NCBI RefSeq assembly: GCF_009914755.1
Contig: NC_060939.1
DNA length: 64,000 nucleotides
Reading direction: 5' to 3' (one strand)
DNA from: the human T2T-CHM13v2.0 reference genome, Homo sapiens
In this document: positions 15,832 through 31,755 of the stretch, piece after piece
How the letters are laid out: each line of letters opens with the position of its first letter
Numbering within the stretch: position 1 is the stretch's first letter
Notes under the pieces: generated by a model
Told to the model about the DNA's origin: nothing
The model's input: the letters and a program-made list of their open reading frames with translations, nothing else
Databases searched by the model: none
Made by a program: the position numbers and the translations under genes

Positions 15832-16911
15832 AACAACCTCTGGAGCAGCACAGCAGAAGGAGGAGTGGTTTTGCCCAAAAATCAGGAGAGCGTAACCTGA
15901 ATCATCAACCAAAGGGAAAGGGGAGAGTAGCTTAAAGAAGGGGCTCAGAGACAAAAACAAGGCTGCAAAATAACCTGAACGTGGAGGACTTGGGAGATGA
16001 ACACACAGGGGAGACCAGTGAAGTTTGGTCACTGAGTGATCGGGTATTCAACAGTATCGTTAACAGTGTAGGAGACACACAGGAGCATGATTCAGTTTTG
16101 GACTTGTAGAGCCTGAAGGACGTACACTACATTAGAGTAACAGTGACTGGTTTAGGAGTAGAAATGTATTCCTTAAGCCTAAGTGAATGAAGTCTCTTGA
16201 GCCATTAGGGGACTTGGACCTCACTGACTCTGGTTCCAAGTTCTAGACGTATTTGCTGTCCTGAGCAAGGTAATCCAATTCCCAGGGTGCCAACTCGGCT
16301 TAGACGGAAGTTGACTTTTTGCCATAGATGGACATTGGTCACAACTCTTTAAACCTTTTGTCATCCAAAACACTACCAAGATGGCTAAATATTAGGAAGG
16401 AGACCTTTATTGATGATATTGGTTTGCAAGCCAGGAGGAGAAAGTCGCCAGCATGGACTGAAGGTGCTCTCTCTTTGAAGACTGGAAGGACAATTTGGGT
16501 TTTATGCCTCACAGGGTCCACATTACACAATAGAGTCAAACATATTCAGCAGGTTTGGAGGGAAAGCTGTACATAGTTATGGGTGTTATGTACATATTTA
16601 TGCACATGCAGAATGGGTAACATATTTACATGCTAAATGAATACACATATACTTATACATGTATATATGCATGCAATATGTATACATATTAACATATAAA
16701 TGTACATATCCATATATATACATACATAATATATGTAACATACATCCCATGTTCACTTTGGGATGGGGTTTTTTGCATTAAAATGAGGTGGAATTTGGGT
16801 CTTTATGTCAAAAGGTGAACTATAGAACACAGAGACAGTTTGTGCTCAGCCTCTATAAGCTGTTGAAACTGGCTTAAGTTCCGTAGTTGCTTATCAGAAA
16901 AGAATGCTTGT

Positions 16912-17241
<330 letters not shown>

Positions 17242-17386
17242 TCAGGGTTGTAGTGGTCTGGGTTGTAAATCAGCCTAATAATTCCTTTTGTTGGAGAGTT
17301 TAGCAAGGGTGTGGTTTTTCTTGTAGCTGTAAGAATTTAGAAATTTGCCATGCCAGCCAGGCCCTAAACTTCCATTTGTAAATAAC

Positions 17387-17700
17387 TTTTTTTTTTTTTT
17401 TTTGAGACGGAGTCTCGCTCTGTCACCCAGGCAGAGTGGTGTGATTTTGGCTCACTGCCAGCTCCACCTCCCAGGTTCATGCCATTCTCCTGCCTTAGCC
17501 TCCTGACTAGCTGGGACTACTGGCGCCCGCCACCATGCCTGGCTAATTTGGGTTTTGTTTTTTTTTTTTTTTTTGTATTTTTAGTAGAGACAAGGTTTCA
17601 CTGTGTTAGCTAGGATGATCTCGATCTCCTGACCTTGTGATCCACGCACTTCGGCCTCCCAAAGTGCTGGGATTACAGGCGTGAGCCACCGCGCCCGGCC
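17387..17700 (-). mobile_element. AluY
   Basis: Antisense gccattctcc and tgttagc...gatctcgatctcctgacc; TSD tgtaa(a/g)taact. Confidence 0.93.
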
Positions 17701-17754
17701 TGTAAGTAACTCTGTTTCATTAACTTTAGGGTCCATCTTAGTTGGTAAATCATA

Positions 17755-18253
17755 GCGGGTTGAAGCTGTCGTTTTGTGCTGAATCAGTTCCTAGGTGAAG
17801 GTTACAAGACCAGCTGAGTCACTGTCTTGGTATGGGTTACCAGTCCAGGTGGCCACAGCTGGTCCATCAAAATGCAAGGTCCAAAAGACACTTCACATAC
17901 CAGTCCTAGGTTTAACAGTAGTGACGTTCCCTACAGGAGGTTGCAATCTTGCGACCTTCGACTGCAAGACTCCTGAACCACAGTTCTAACCTTGTGTCTA
18001 ATTTGTCAGTTTTACAAAGGTGGTTTCAGTCCCAGAGCAAGGAGGCGGTTAGTTTTAGGAAGGGGATGTTGTCATCTTTGTTTCAAAGTTACACTATAAA
18101 CTAAATTCATCTGAAGGTTAGTTTGGCCTACGCCCAGGAATGAACAAGGGCATCCTGTGAGGTTAGAAGTAGGGTGGAATCAGCGATGTCCAATTTCTTT
18201 CACTGCCAGAATTTTTCCATGTGAGACTTCCCTCACTGCCAAAGGTGGTTTCA
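17755..18253 (-). mobile_element. LTR8-family ERV1 LTR, 3' part missing
   Basis: gcctacgcccaggaatgaacaagg...ggttagaag...caaaggtggtttca; homologous to 21380-21707. Confidence 0.8.
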
Positions 18254-18275
18254 GAGTGGTCTAGAATGTCACAAC

Positions 18276-18724
18276 TGTTGTGCTGAACCCGTACTGACTC
18301 CCGTAAGGATGGCAGTATGTCTGAGAGGCCAAAAAAGAAGTCCAGAGATAATAAGTGAGTCACGGGGTTTATCTGAAGAATTTACAAACACACAGGGACA
18401 GTCCAGTGGCAGTGGGCTAGACTGGAGAACTGCTACTGTTTCTAAAAAGCATGCAGTTTATATCACATTTTCACTTAGCACCTTCCACCTAGCCATCTCC
18501 ACCTGGCAACCTCATTTGACCCAAAACAAAGGGCCTCAATCCTCTGTATGGCCTGCTTTCCAAAGGATGGGCCAGGGGTTTGGACATCCTTCATGGATAA
18601 GGAAAGACTCTCCAGATCTGCTACTCTTGGATTCCTTAGCTTGGGACAAGGTACACACATTCTTCTTAGGCCACAGGGTCATTCTCGGGGTAAAGTTATT
18701 GCTCTCAGGTGCATCTGCCATACA
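18276..18724 (-). mobile_element. LTR47A/B-type ERVL solo LTR
   Basis: TG...CA; 5-bp flanks acaac/acatc; aagttattgctctcaggtgcatctgccataca end. Confidence 0.8.
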
Positions 18725-18975
18725 ACATCCAGGTGGCTGTGCTGACAAGGTCATTTAGCCATAGGTTCTGATCCATTGCATCTGCTGAGATGAGGCAAGG
18801 TGAAGTTGTGTGAGCGGTACAGAAAGGGAGCGATTGTTGCTGCAGGAGGATAACATGGTGTCTTGCCCTGAGTAGTATCCCAGTGTGTCCACTGAGCCTG
18901 GCAGGTGCTCAGAAAACATTAGAGGAGCTGGACTTAGATGACACAGCCCATCAGCAGCATGGTCTCCGGCCTTGA

Positions 18976-19452
<477 letters not shown>

Positions 19453-20042
19453 TAATTTTTAAATAGGATGGTTAAAAATGTACAGTTTATACTATTTTAT
19501 TTCTTAATTTTATTACTTAACAGTCTATCTTATGTTTTCAGTCTATTTTTCTAACCTTAGCATGCATGGCTGCATGGCATCCTGCAGAACAGAACTGCAA
19601 GCATGGTCACGTGTATTGTATAACATGTCCTTATGGTAGTCATAACCTGCAGAGTGACAGAGACTTTTCAGGGTTTTCTTCTATTTTCTAGGAGAACTCC
19701 AAGTTCACCTAGTATGTTTATACAATTAATTGCAGGGCAGCTACAGGATCATCTCGAGCAATGATGGCACTTCTAAAGGACCCTCTTCTTTCCTCATGAA
19801 GCAGGATTTAGCTGGAACAGAGGGCTCAAGATACGCCATCACCAAATATTCCACTTTGGCATATTCATTACTTTGAACTAAAATAAGTTAAGAATCAGCC
19901 AAAGCAGAGAAAGTGCTTTACCTCCCCCAACTGCTAAAACAAAGCAAAAAGTTCCCCTTTTGTACAGGAAATTTATACCTACAAAAACATTTCATTAGTA
20001 AAGATGGCTGTACTAGGAACAGAGATAATTTTACAACAGAGA

Positions 20043-20914
20043 TGTTATGGGGAAGAGTCCCAATTCAGACTCCAAGAGAGGGTTCTTGGATGTCATGCAA
20101 GAAAGAATTCAGGGCGAGTTTACAGAGTAAAGTGAAAGTAAGTTTATTAAGAAAGTAAAGGAATAAAAGAATGGCTACTCCATAGGCAGAGCAGCGCCGA
20201 GGACTGCTGGTTGCCCATTTTTGTGGTTATTTCTTGATGATATGCTGAGCAAGGGGTGGATTATTCATGCCTCCCCTTTTTAGACCATGTAGGGTAACTT
20301 CCTGACGTGGCCATGGCATTTGTAAACTGTCATGGCGCTGGTGGGAGTGTAGCAGTGAGGACGACCAGAGTTCATGCTCATGGCTGTCTTGGTTTTGGTG
20401 GGATTTATCCAGCTTCTTTACTGCAACTTGTATTTATTTATTTATTTATTTATTTTGAGACAGAGTCTCACTCTGTTGCCCAGGGTGGAGTGCAGTGGCA
20501 CGATCTCCGCTCACCGCAAGCTCGGCATCCTGGGTTCACGCCATTCTCCTGCCTCAGCCTCCCGAGCAGCTGGGACTGCAGGTGCCTGCCACCACGCCCA
20601 GATAATTTTTTGTATTTTTTTAGTAGAGAAGGGGTTTCACCGGGTTAGCTAGGATGGTCTTGATCTCCTGACCTCATGATCCTCCCACCTCAGCCTCCCA
20701 AAGTGCTGGGATTACAGGCGTGAGCCACTGAGCCCGGCCCACTGCAACCTGTTTCATCAGCAAGATCTTTATGACCTGTATCTTGTGCTGACCTTCTATT
20801 TCATTCTGTGACTAAGAATGCCTAACCTCCTGGGAATGCAGCCCAGCAGGTCCAGCCTTATCTTACTTAGCACCTATTCAATATGGAGTTGCTCTGGTTG
20901 AAACATCTCTGACA
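20043..20914 (-). mobile_element. MER41A solo LTR containing an AluY
   Basis: TG...CA; TSD GAGA; ccaagagagggttcttggat and ggagttgctctggtt...ctctgaca. Confidence 0.92.
20431..20740 (-). mobile_element. AluY
   Basis: gggttcacgccattctcc; TSD actgcaac(t/c)tgt. Confidence 0.93.
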
Positions 20915-20984
20915 GAGAGACTTTTATCTGGGTAACCAGGCAATGCTTATTCACCATACATTTCCTCCCCTCTTGTTACCCTCT

Positions 20985-21707
20985 TGTAACCACCCAATGG
21001 GCTCACCTTGCCTGCTGCCTAGATAGAACCGATTTATCGAGACAGGGGAACGACAATGGAGAAAGAGTGATTCACACAGAGCCGGCTGTGCAGGAGACCA
21101 GAATTTCATAGTTACTCAAATCAGTCTCCCCAAGCATTCGGGGATCAGAGTTTTTAAAGATAATTTGGCACATAGGGGCTTGGGAGGTGGGGATTGATTA
21201 GGTTGGAGATGGAATCACAGGGGGTTGAAGTTAGGTTTTTTTAATGTCTTCTATTCCTGGGTGCCATGGCAGAACTGGTTGGGCCGGATTACCAGTTTAG
21301 CTAGTGTCAGCTGATCCATTGAGTGCAGGGTCTGCGAGATATCTCAAGTGCTGATCTTAGGTTTTACAATAGTGATGTTATCCCCAGGAGCAATCTGGGG
21401 AGGTTCAGACTCTTGGAACCAGAGGCTGCATGACCCCTAAATTGTAATTTCTAATCTTGTAGCTAATTTGTTAGTCCTGCAAAGGCAGACTGGTCCCAGG
21501 CAAGAAGGGGTTCTTTTCAGGAAAGGGTTGTTATCAATTTTGTTTTAGGGTCAAACCATGAGCTGAATTCCTTCCCAAAGTTAGTTCTGCCTATGCCCAG
21601 GAACGAACAAGGACAGCTTAAGGGTTAGAAGCAAGATGGAGTTGGTTAGGTCTGATTTCTTTCACTGTCATAATTTCCTCAGTTATAATTTTGCAAAGAT
21701 GGTTTTA
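20985..21707 (-). mobile_element. LTR8 solo LTR, full length
   Basis: tgtaaccacccaatgggctcaccttgcc start; TSD CTCT (20981-20984 and 21708-21711). Confidence 0.9.
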
Positions 21708-22034
21708 CTCTCATAACATGTCTCCACTCTCCCCCAAAGCCCAAGCCCCTGCTCCTTTCTGTAGCTCAGGATAGGGAGAGCGTATAAGTCTCAGTCATCT
21801 AGCTGCTTTGTTGAGTCTCCTATGTTTGTCACACTCCCTGTGAGTACGTACATAATTAAAAGTGTTTTTCTCCGGTTAATGTGTCTTATGTCAACTTATT
21901 TTGTAGACCAACGAAAGTACCTAGAAGGATAGAAGAAAGCACTTTTCCCTCCACTGTGGTGGCTATGAAAAACAATTCCCTCTAAAATTATATCAAGATG
22001 ATCACATTTCTGGAACTAAAGCTTTTTCCAAAAC

Positions 22035-22529
<495 letters not shown>

Positions 22530-24182
22530 CAGATATGTTTCTTAATAAACATTTTCACTGCGAGAACTTCAGTGTATCAAGGTAGAGGTAGATTTTTAAT
22601 ATGCTGCATAGACAAATTCTGCAAAGGAAAAATGGAAAGGGTGCCCAGGAGACAGGCAGCCACGTACCTGTGATGCGTGTCATGCACCTCTGCATGGCAT
22701 CCAATCGCGCCCCCTTCTCTGGCAGGACAGGAAGGAGCCTTTGCTTCGGGGCTGCGCATCTAAAATTGCCAGAGTAGGACAGCACATATTTGCAGGCTAA
22801 CACAAGCATTTCTGAAAGGAAATGCATTTGGAAACTGAGTGGTATTGAAGCATCTATTTTTCTTGCTAGCAGCACAATCTGCCACCAGGAAGGTTTTAAA
22901 CACTTTCCTGACAGAGAGTGCCTGCCTGAATTTTTTGGTAATTAATCATGCATAATACTTTAAATTCCACACAGGCGGCTGGCTGAAAACCCTCCAGGGA
23001 TTGCTGCATTTGCTATCCGAAAGTCAACTCCTATGCCTTCGGAGAGTGAGGAAGATCAGAGAGGGGCATTTTTGCCTGTTTTAATGTCGCCATCAGTCAC
23101 CAGGCAAGTCTGCAATCTTTGCTGCATCCTTCCATGGTATCGGCACAAGCAAGGCTGTAGGTATCTAATACATATTTAAGAGTATGGGATGTAATAAAAT
23201 CGGGTAATTCCTTGCCTTGGCTGGCACCACAGTATTCTCAAATAGGAAGACTGGGTGCTAGGATCTGTCTGCTGTGCTTGTGTGGGCTCACTTGAAGAGT
23301 CAGATCACATCCCTCTCTTGTTTGGCCAGCTCTGTTAGAACCATGGTGGTGGGTAATTAAATGATACACCAGCGCCTCTCACCTGACAGCTTAAGAGAAC
23401 GTTCACATATATTTACATATATATTTCAGATACACATATATTTCACAGTTGTAAACCAAAAGGTATGTGAGACAGGTCTCAATCGATTTAGAAAGTTTAT
23501 GTTGTCAAGGTTAAGGATGCACCTGTGATGCAGCCTCAGAAGGTCCCAACATGTGCCCGAGGTGGTCCAGGCACAGCTTGGTTTTATACATTTTAGGGAG
23601 ACAAGAGATAAACACTGGTTCCTTCGGTCTGCAAAGGTAGGACAACTCCAAGTGGGGAGGGGGCTTCCAGGTCTTAGGTAGAAAAGAGAAAAACAGTTGC
23701 ATCCTTTTGCGTTTCTGATTAGCTCTTCATTGAATGTGCCATTTACAGGAATAGTCGCTTACGCCTTAATCTGGCTTAGTGAAACAATAGGGCAAAGGAA
23801 GCAATCAGATTTGCATTTGTCTCACATGAGCAGAGGGATGACTTTGAGTTCTGTCTGTTGTTGACGAAAAGAGTCAAACTCTGTGAAATATCTGAAGAGA
23901 TTTATTCTGAGCCAAAAATGAGTGACCACGGCCCATGACACAGCCCTCAGGAGGTCCTGGGAACATGTGTCCAAGGTGGTCGGAGTGCAGCTTGATTTTA
24001 TATATTTTAGGGAGGCATGAGACATTAATCAAATACATTTGAGAAATACATTGATTTGGTTCAGAAAGGCAGGACAGTTTGAAGCAGGGGCTTCCAGGCT
24101 ATAGGTGAATTTAAGCATTTTCTGGTTGGCAATCGGTTGAGTTTGTCTGAAGACCTGGGATGGATATAAAGGGAATGTTCGG

Positions 24183-24656
<474 letters not shown>

Positions 24657-24840
24657 TTATAGTGGCTGCCCATAGAGACAATAAATGACAAATATTTCCT
24701 ATTCAGACCTCCAAAAGGTACTAGACTCTCAGTTAATCTCTTCAGGACTGGGTGGGGGGGCCTGGAAGAAAAAGATCTAGCTATGTTGATAGAGATTTTT
24801 TACAGATGCAAATTTTCCCCCACAAAGGATGGCTTTGCAG

Positions 24841-25729
24841 GGCCATTTCAAAATATGGCAAAGAAACATATTTTGGGGTAAAATATTTTTATCTTCTTCT
24901 TTGTCACAAAATGTTATGCCAGAGTCACATTGGAAAGTAAGTCACGATATATAGGGTTAAATAAAACCCATCTGATGAGAATTTGTGGTTTGTAGGGCAT
25001 GACTCCCCAGACTCCTTAGATAGGAATTTGGGCAAAATAAGAAAAAAATCACAACTTAGCCCTGTCTTTCATCCACTGGGAATTTTCTTGCGGGAAAATT
25101 GTGAGGGAGATATGTAGCTTTTTTGTCTTTGTAGCTGTCTTATTTAGGAATATAATGGGAGGCAGGTTGGCCGGAGCAGCTCCCAGCTTGACTTTTCCCT
25201 TAGTGATTTTGGCTTAGTGATTCTGGAGTCCCAAGGTTTATTTTCCTTTCACACATTATTACCTTCATGACAGGGCAGTGTAGTGGGCCATTTCAAAATA
25301 TGGCAAAGAAACATATTTTGGGGTAAAATATTTTTATCTTCTTCTTTGTCACAAAATGTTATGCCAGAGTCACATTGGAAAGTAAGTCACGATATATAGG
25401 GTTAAATAAAACCCATCTGATGAGAATTTGTGGTTTGTAGGGCATGACTCCCCAGACTCCTTAGATAGGAATTTGGGCAAAATAAGAAAAAATCACAACT
25501 TAGCCCTGTCTTTCATCCACTGGGAATTTTCTTGCGGGAAAATTGTGAGGGAGATATGTAGCTTTTTTGTCTTTGTAGCTGTCTTATTTAGGAATATAAT
25601 GGGAGGCAGGTTGGCCGGAGCAGCTCCCAGCTTGACTTTTCCCTTAGTGATTTTGGCTTAGTGATTCTGGAGTCCCAAGGTTTATTTTCCTTTCACACAT
25701 TATTACCTTCATGACAGGGCAGTGTAGTG
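24841..25729. repeat. Head-to-tail tandem duplication (445 bp + 444 bp)
   Basis: 24841-25285 equals 25286-25729 except for an A7 versus A6 run. Confidence 0.97.
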
Positions 25730-26560
25730 AAGGAAAAAAGGGCTTCCCTTCACCCTTCTAGGTTCTTTGACTGGGCTATGAATTAGATTAACAAAAAAAG
25801 TATGAACAGTCTGGGCACAGGGGCTCATGTGTGTAATCCTAGCACTTTGGGAGGCCGAGGCAGGCAGACCACTTGAGGTCAGGAGTTCGAGACCAGCCTG
25901 GCCAATGTGGTGAAACCCTGACTCTACTAAAAAATACAAAAAAAATTAGTCAGGCATGGTGGTGGGCACCTGCAATCCCAGCTACTCGAGAGGCTGAGGC
26001 AGAGAATTGCTTGAACCTGGGAGATGGGGGTTGCAGTGAGCCGAGATTTTGCCACTGCCCTCCAGCCTGGGCAACAGAGCCAGACTCTGTCTCAAGAAAA
26101 AAAAAAATGAACAGGATAAAAACTATTCTAATTACGTACGTATGCACAGCAGTCCCACAAAAATGTGAGACAAAAATGTGAGAAGGGCCAGATGACTGAA
26201 ACTTAATTGACATCCTGAGCTCCAGAAAGGAAGAGGGGCTGGGGCTTCAGGGGTGGTGGAGGCAGGGCATGGAAGGGTGAGGGGAGGACATGTCGGGGAA
26301 GAGGTTCTGCCTCGTCATGCAGATAAAAGTCTGTAAGTGAGAAAGATGTCTGGGAGTAGCTGTCTTCCTGGTGTGCATACTTTTACTAATGAAAATTTCC
26401 TTTATAGGAGTAAATTTATAGGGGAGTTTTTCAGAGTTACTTTTGTGTTCACATTTTCTCAAAATAATCAGCTCAAAGTAATCAATATACCAAAGAGGCA
26501 CATTGTGAGGTGATGGATTCTACAGTCATATTTTGGAGTGGTATGTTTTGAACCCCAATA
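25723..26560 (-). mobile_element. MER34-group ERV1 solo LTR containing an Alu
   Basis: TSD GCAG (25719-25722 and 26561-26564); catattttggagtggtatgttttgaacccc end. Confidence 0.78.
25808..26107 (+). mobile_element. Alu (AluS-type)
   Basis: Full dimer; atgaac flanks. Confidence 0.95.
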
Positions 26561-27452
26561 GCAGGGATTAGTACGCCAGTTTTGCAGTTTATAAAATTAA
26601 AGTTGACAGCATCAAAGGAAGTTGCCTATGGTCATGGACATCCGCACCCCACCTCCGTCACAGTCCACTTCTCTGCCCCTGGCCCAAACTGAAGCTAAAC
26701 TTGTATTGAGGTGAGTTCATCGTTCTACACAGTGTGAGTCCTTCATAGACACTAGCGGCATTCTTCCTCAGCTCCTTAAGACCGCTACTAGCAGCTCCGG
26801 TGTGGTCTACTTCCAGCTCTTCAATGCATCCTGAGTGTCAACAGAGATTACTATTTTTGTCCTGGAGTTGGTGCAGGCTGGGGTTAGTTCTATGTGGCTG
26901 ACCTGGTATCATTATAAGACACGGAGCTGCAGCTTCTCTTGGCCCCATGTCCTAACCCCATCATCTCTGTTTTTCTCTCCCCAGTATTTTGGCTTAGTCC
27001 CAGGTGCCTGAGATATTTCTGGGTTGTCCAACTTCTCACTGATAAGAGCTCTGTCCTACCCCCAGACTGTTTCTCCGGGGTCCTGACACCTGTCTGTTTC
27101 TTATAAACTCCCTCACTAAGTCTCCCTTCCTTCTCTTCTGGCTGGGGACTGGCTGGGCCCTGCTGGGAGTTTGCAGTGATGCTAAACCTGAACAGTGGGG
27201 CTGCTCGGTGTGACCTCCTTGGTACTGGCAGGACCTCATGGAAACCAATTCTTTGAATCACCAGAGCCTTTTAGGTCTTAGATAGCATGTGGCTGCCTGC
27301 CTGATGGACAACAAGTCTGCAGTTTCCCCTTTTGGGTCCCACTCTTTCTCCTTCATTGCATCTGCATCCCAGCCTCTTCTCACTGGGCTCATCCTCACCT
27401 GCCTTCCCCAACCAACACACCTGGAAGCATCTGTACCTACCGGCACAACTTG

Positions 27453-28767
<1,315 letters not shown>

Positions 28768-28955
28768 TGAAGCACAGCTTTCTTATGGGACTACTCCAGA
28801 TGTCCAAAGATTAGCTCGTCTGGTTAAAATTTTTGCTACCTCCTTCCCTTCAAAAATCCTGTTACATGTTGACAATCTGGGATTGAAAATAATGTTCTAT
28901 AACACCGGCTGAATTTCTCTCTTTCATATTTTTCAGACTGACCCACCCCTGCCCA

Positions 28956-29230
28956 TTTCTTTTATTTATTTATTTATTTTTTGAGACAGAGTCATCTTGG
29001 CTCACTGCAACCTCTGCCTCCTGGGCTCAATCGATTCTCCCACCTCAGCCTCTTGAGTAGCTGGGATTACAGGCGCCCACCACCACACCTGGCTAGTGTT
29101 TTGTATTTTTAGTAGAGATGAGGTTTCACCATATTGCCGAGGCTGTTCTTGAACTCCAGAGCTCAAGCAGTCCGCCCGCCTCAGCCTCCCAAAGTGCTGG
29201 GATTACAGGCGTGAGTCACCACGCCTGGCC
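28956..29230 (-). mobile_element. Alu with ~35-bp deletion near its 3' end
   Basis: gagacagagtc joined to atcttggctc; cccctgccc flanks. Confidence 0.92.
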
Positions 29231-29654
29231 TACGCCCCTGCCCCATTCCTAACTCCTCGAACTCTCTGTACAATTATATTTGCTATTCCCACTTGCTTCC
29301 CTTGTTCATCATTTCTCTCCTTTCTATACCCTTATCACTTTCCATCTGTTTTCAAAACAAGCAAAGGTGCTCCCAGGTGTCATCACCTAGGACTTCTAAT
29401 TAAGTGCCCTTTGAGGAATTAATACGATGAGTTGTAGGAGTTAATATGATGATCTGTACAGAGCTCCGTGGTTGTCTATTTTCCTGGTCCCCATCTCTGC
29501 AGTAGATCATTACAGAAATAGGCTTCAAACCACTGGGCGAACTATGGCATTAGTCAGGGGCAAGGCTAAGTGGCTGCAAGAAAGAGAATAACATTTCATA
29601 CCTTAAGTACAAAGAAGTCTGTTTTTTTCTCACGTAGAAACCAGGAAATATAAA

Positions 29655-29991
29655 CAGTTGTCACTAAGTATCTTTGGAGGATTAGTCCGAGGACCTCCCT
29701 CAAATACCAAAATCCAGGGATGCTCAATTCCGTGGTACAAAATGAAGTAGCGTTTGCATATAACCAAGGTACGCCCCCTCCCCGTATACTTTAAATCATC
29801 TATAGATTATATATACCACCTAATGCAAAGTAAATGCCATGTAAATAGTTGTTATGCTGTATTGTTTAGGGAATAATGACAAGAAAAAGATCTTGTATAT
29901 GTTTAGTACAGGTGCATTTTTGTTTAATATTTTCAATCCAAGGTTAGTTGAATTCACAGATATGGAACCTCCAGACACGGAGGGCTGACTA
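29655..29991 (+). mobile_element. MER2B/Tigger3a-type DNA transposon
   Basis: ataccaaaatccagggatgctcaa...gtttagggaataatgacaagaaaaa...cggagggctgact. Confidence 0.85.
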
Positions 29992-30282
29992 AAGAAGCTC
30001 TTGGTTCCATGTGGCCATTCGAGGAGCAAGGCTCCTTTTCTCTTGTTTTCATGCCATCTGGAACTTTCTCTGTATGTGTCTGGTGAAGTGGGACTCCCGA
30101 TGTGCCTGTGCCCCCGCTCTTGGGAGGGGCACAGCATGGAGAAGGCTATGATGCTATCTGGCTTTTGCTTTGCATTGCTTTGTCTTTCTGTAAATGCAAA
30201 TGAGAATATTGCTTTCCAATTAGAAAATGCAGATTGCTCTTAGTTCCATTTAATGTGCTTTGAATTCTGGCCCAATATTGTA

Positions 30283-30739
30283 TAGTTGACCCTTGAACAA
30301 TGCATGGGTTAAAGGTGCCGAACCCATAATAGTCAGAAATCCACAGGAAACTTTTGACACTCCAAAAAACTAACCACTGATAGCCTAATGTTGACAGAAA
30401 GCCTTATCAATCACATAAACAGTTGATTACCACATCTTTTATATGTTATATGTATTATGTACTAAATTCTTACAATAAAGTAAGAGAAAATGTTATTAAG
30501 AAAATCATAAGAGAAAATGTATTTCCTATTCCTTACATGGAAGTGGATCTTCATAGAAGTTTTCATCCTCATCATCTTCACATTGAGTAGGCTGAGGAGG
30601 AAGAAGATGAGGGCTTGGCCTTGCTGCCTCAAGGGTGGCAGAGGCGAAAGGTGGAGGAGGTAGAAAGGGAGGCAGGAAGGACTTATTAAGTATGAATGGA
30701 CTCTCTCAGTCCAAAACCATGTTGCTCAAAGGTCAACTG
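30283..30739. mobile_element. Tigger2a-type DNA transposon
   Basis: TIRs agttgacccttgaacaa / ttgctcaaaggtcaactg; TA on both sides. Confidence 0.88.
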
Positions 30740-31299
30740 TAGATGAGAAAAATTGCTCCCAGGCTGATTTCCAATGTCTAGTAAGCGCGTGTCTACCATT
30801 GTGCTTCCAGAGGGAGATGAAATAAGAGCATATTCTTTGGGTTATGTGGAAAAACCTAATGCTCAGAATGCACCGCCACCAAGCTCTATTTGCTTCCCTC
30901 TACCACCATCTGGAGCAGCCTGTCTACTTGCGGGAATTGCACCTCTCAAATATAATTTCCTGCATGGACTTCTGCCTTCAGTCCAGAGGTGGAAAATTGC
31001 AGGAAACATTGCCTCCACGCTGTCGCAGAGGAAAAATTCTGATAAGTTGTAGTATCATGGTGGTGGTGGTTGTTTTAAGCACACCAGAGAGCTGAGGACA
31101 TAAAGAAATCTAAGCTAATTAATTTCTAGAAAGGTATACGATTTTTCCAGGTGAAAACAGACCCAGGAATGCTTTTATCCCTGGGGACAAAGTGAAATGA
31201 AGAGCAAACTTGCAATAGGATGACGGTTAGGACAGAAAAGCCAACATTTTAGCAAATGTTTAACATCCATGCATGATTTGTCATGATGGATTAGAAACC

Positions 31300-31755
31300 C
31301 AAGCAGTATTTACATAACAGTAGACATATATATCCATGGAACAAGACAGAGAGCCCATAAATAGATCCACACATAAATGGCCAATTGATTTGCAACAAAG
31401 CTATGAAAGCAATTCAATGAGGAAAAGAGCTTCTTTTCTATAAATGATGCTAGAACATTTGGATGTGTGTGTATGTGTGTGTGTGTATATATATATATAT
31501 ATACACACACACATATACATATATATGTGATATAAGATGCATTATGTTTATAAATAAAGATAAAACTATAAAGTCTTAAGGAAAATATAAAATATCTGCA
31601 TATGCTTGGGAAAGATTTCTAAGACATGACACAAAATGCATTAACCATTTAAATAGATGATAAATTGAACATGATCACAATTAAAAATTTCTGCTTATGC
31701 AAAGCCACCACTTAAAAAAATGGAAGGACAAGTCATGTTTTGGGAGAAAATAGTC
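31300..31755 (+). mobile_element. Old L1M ORF2 3' fragment with internal (TG)(TA)(CA) microsatellite at ~31464-31530
   Basis: aaagcaattcaatgaggaaa...taaaactataaa...gggaaagatttct...aattaaaaatttctgctt. Confidence 0.8.

Larger units (their letters stand above)
19818..21956 (+). mobile_element. MER34-group ERV1 LTR hosting MER41A and LTR8
   Basis: Three collinear pieces (19818-20042, 20915-20984, 21708-21956); reverse-complement similarity to 25723-26560. Confidence 0.7.
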
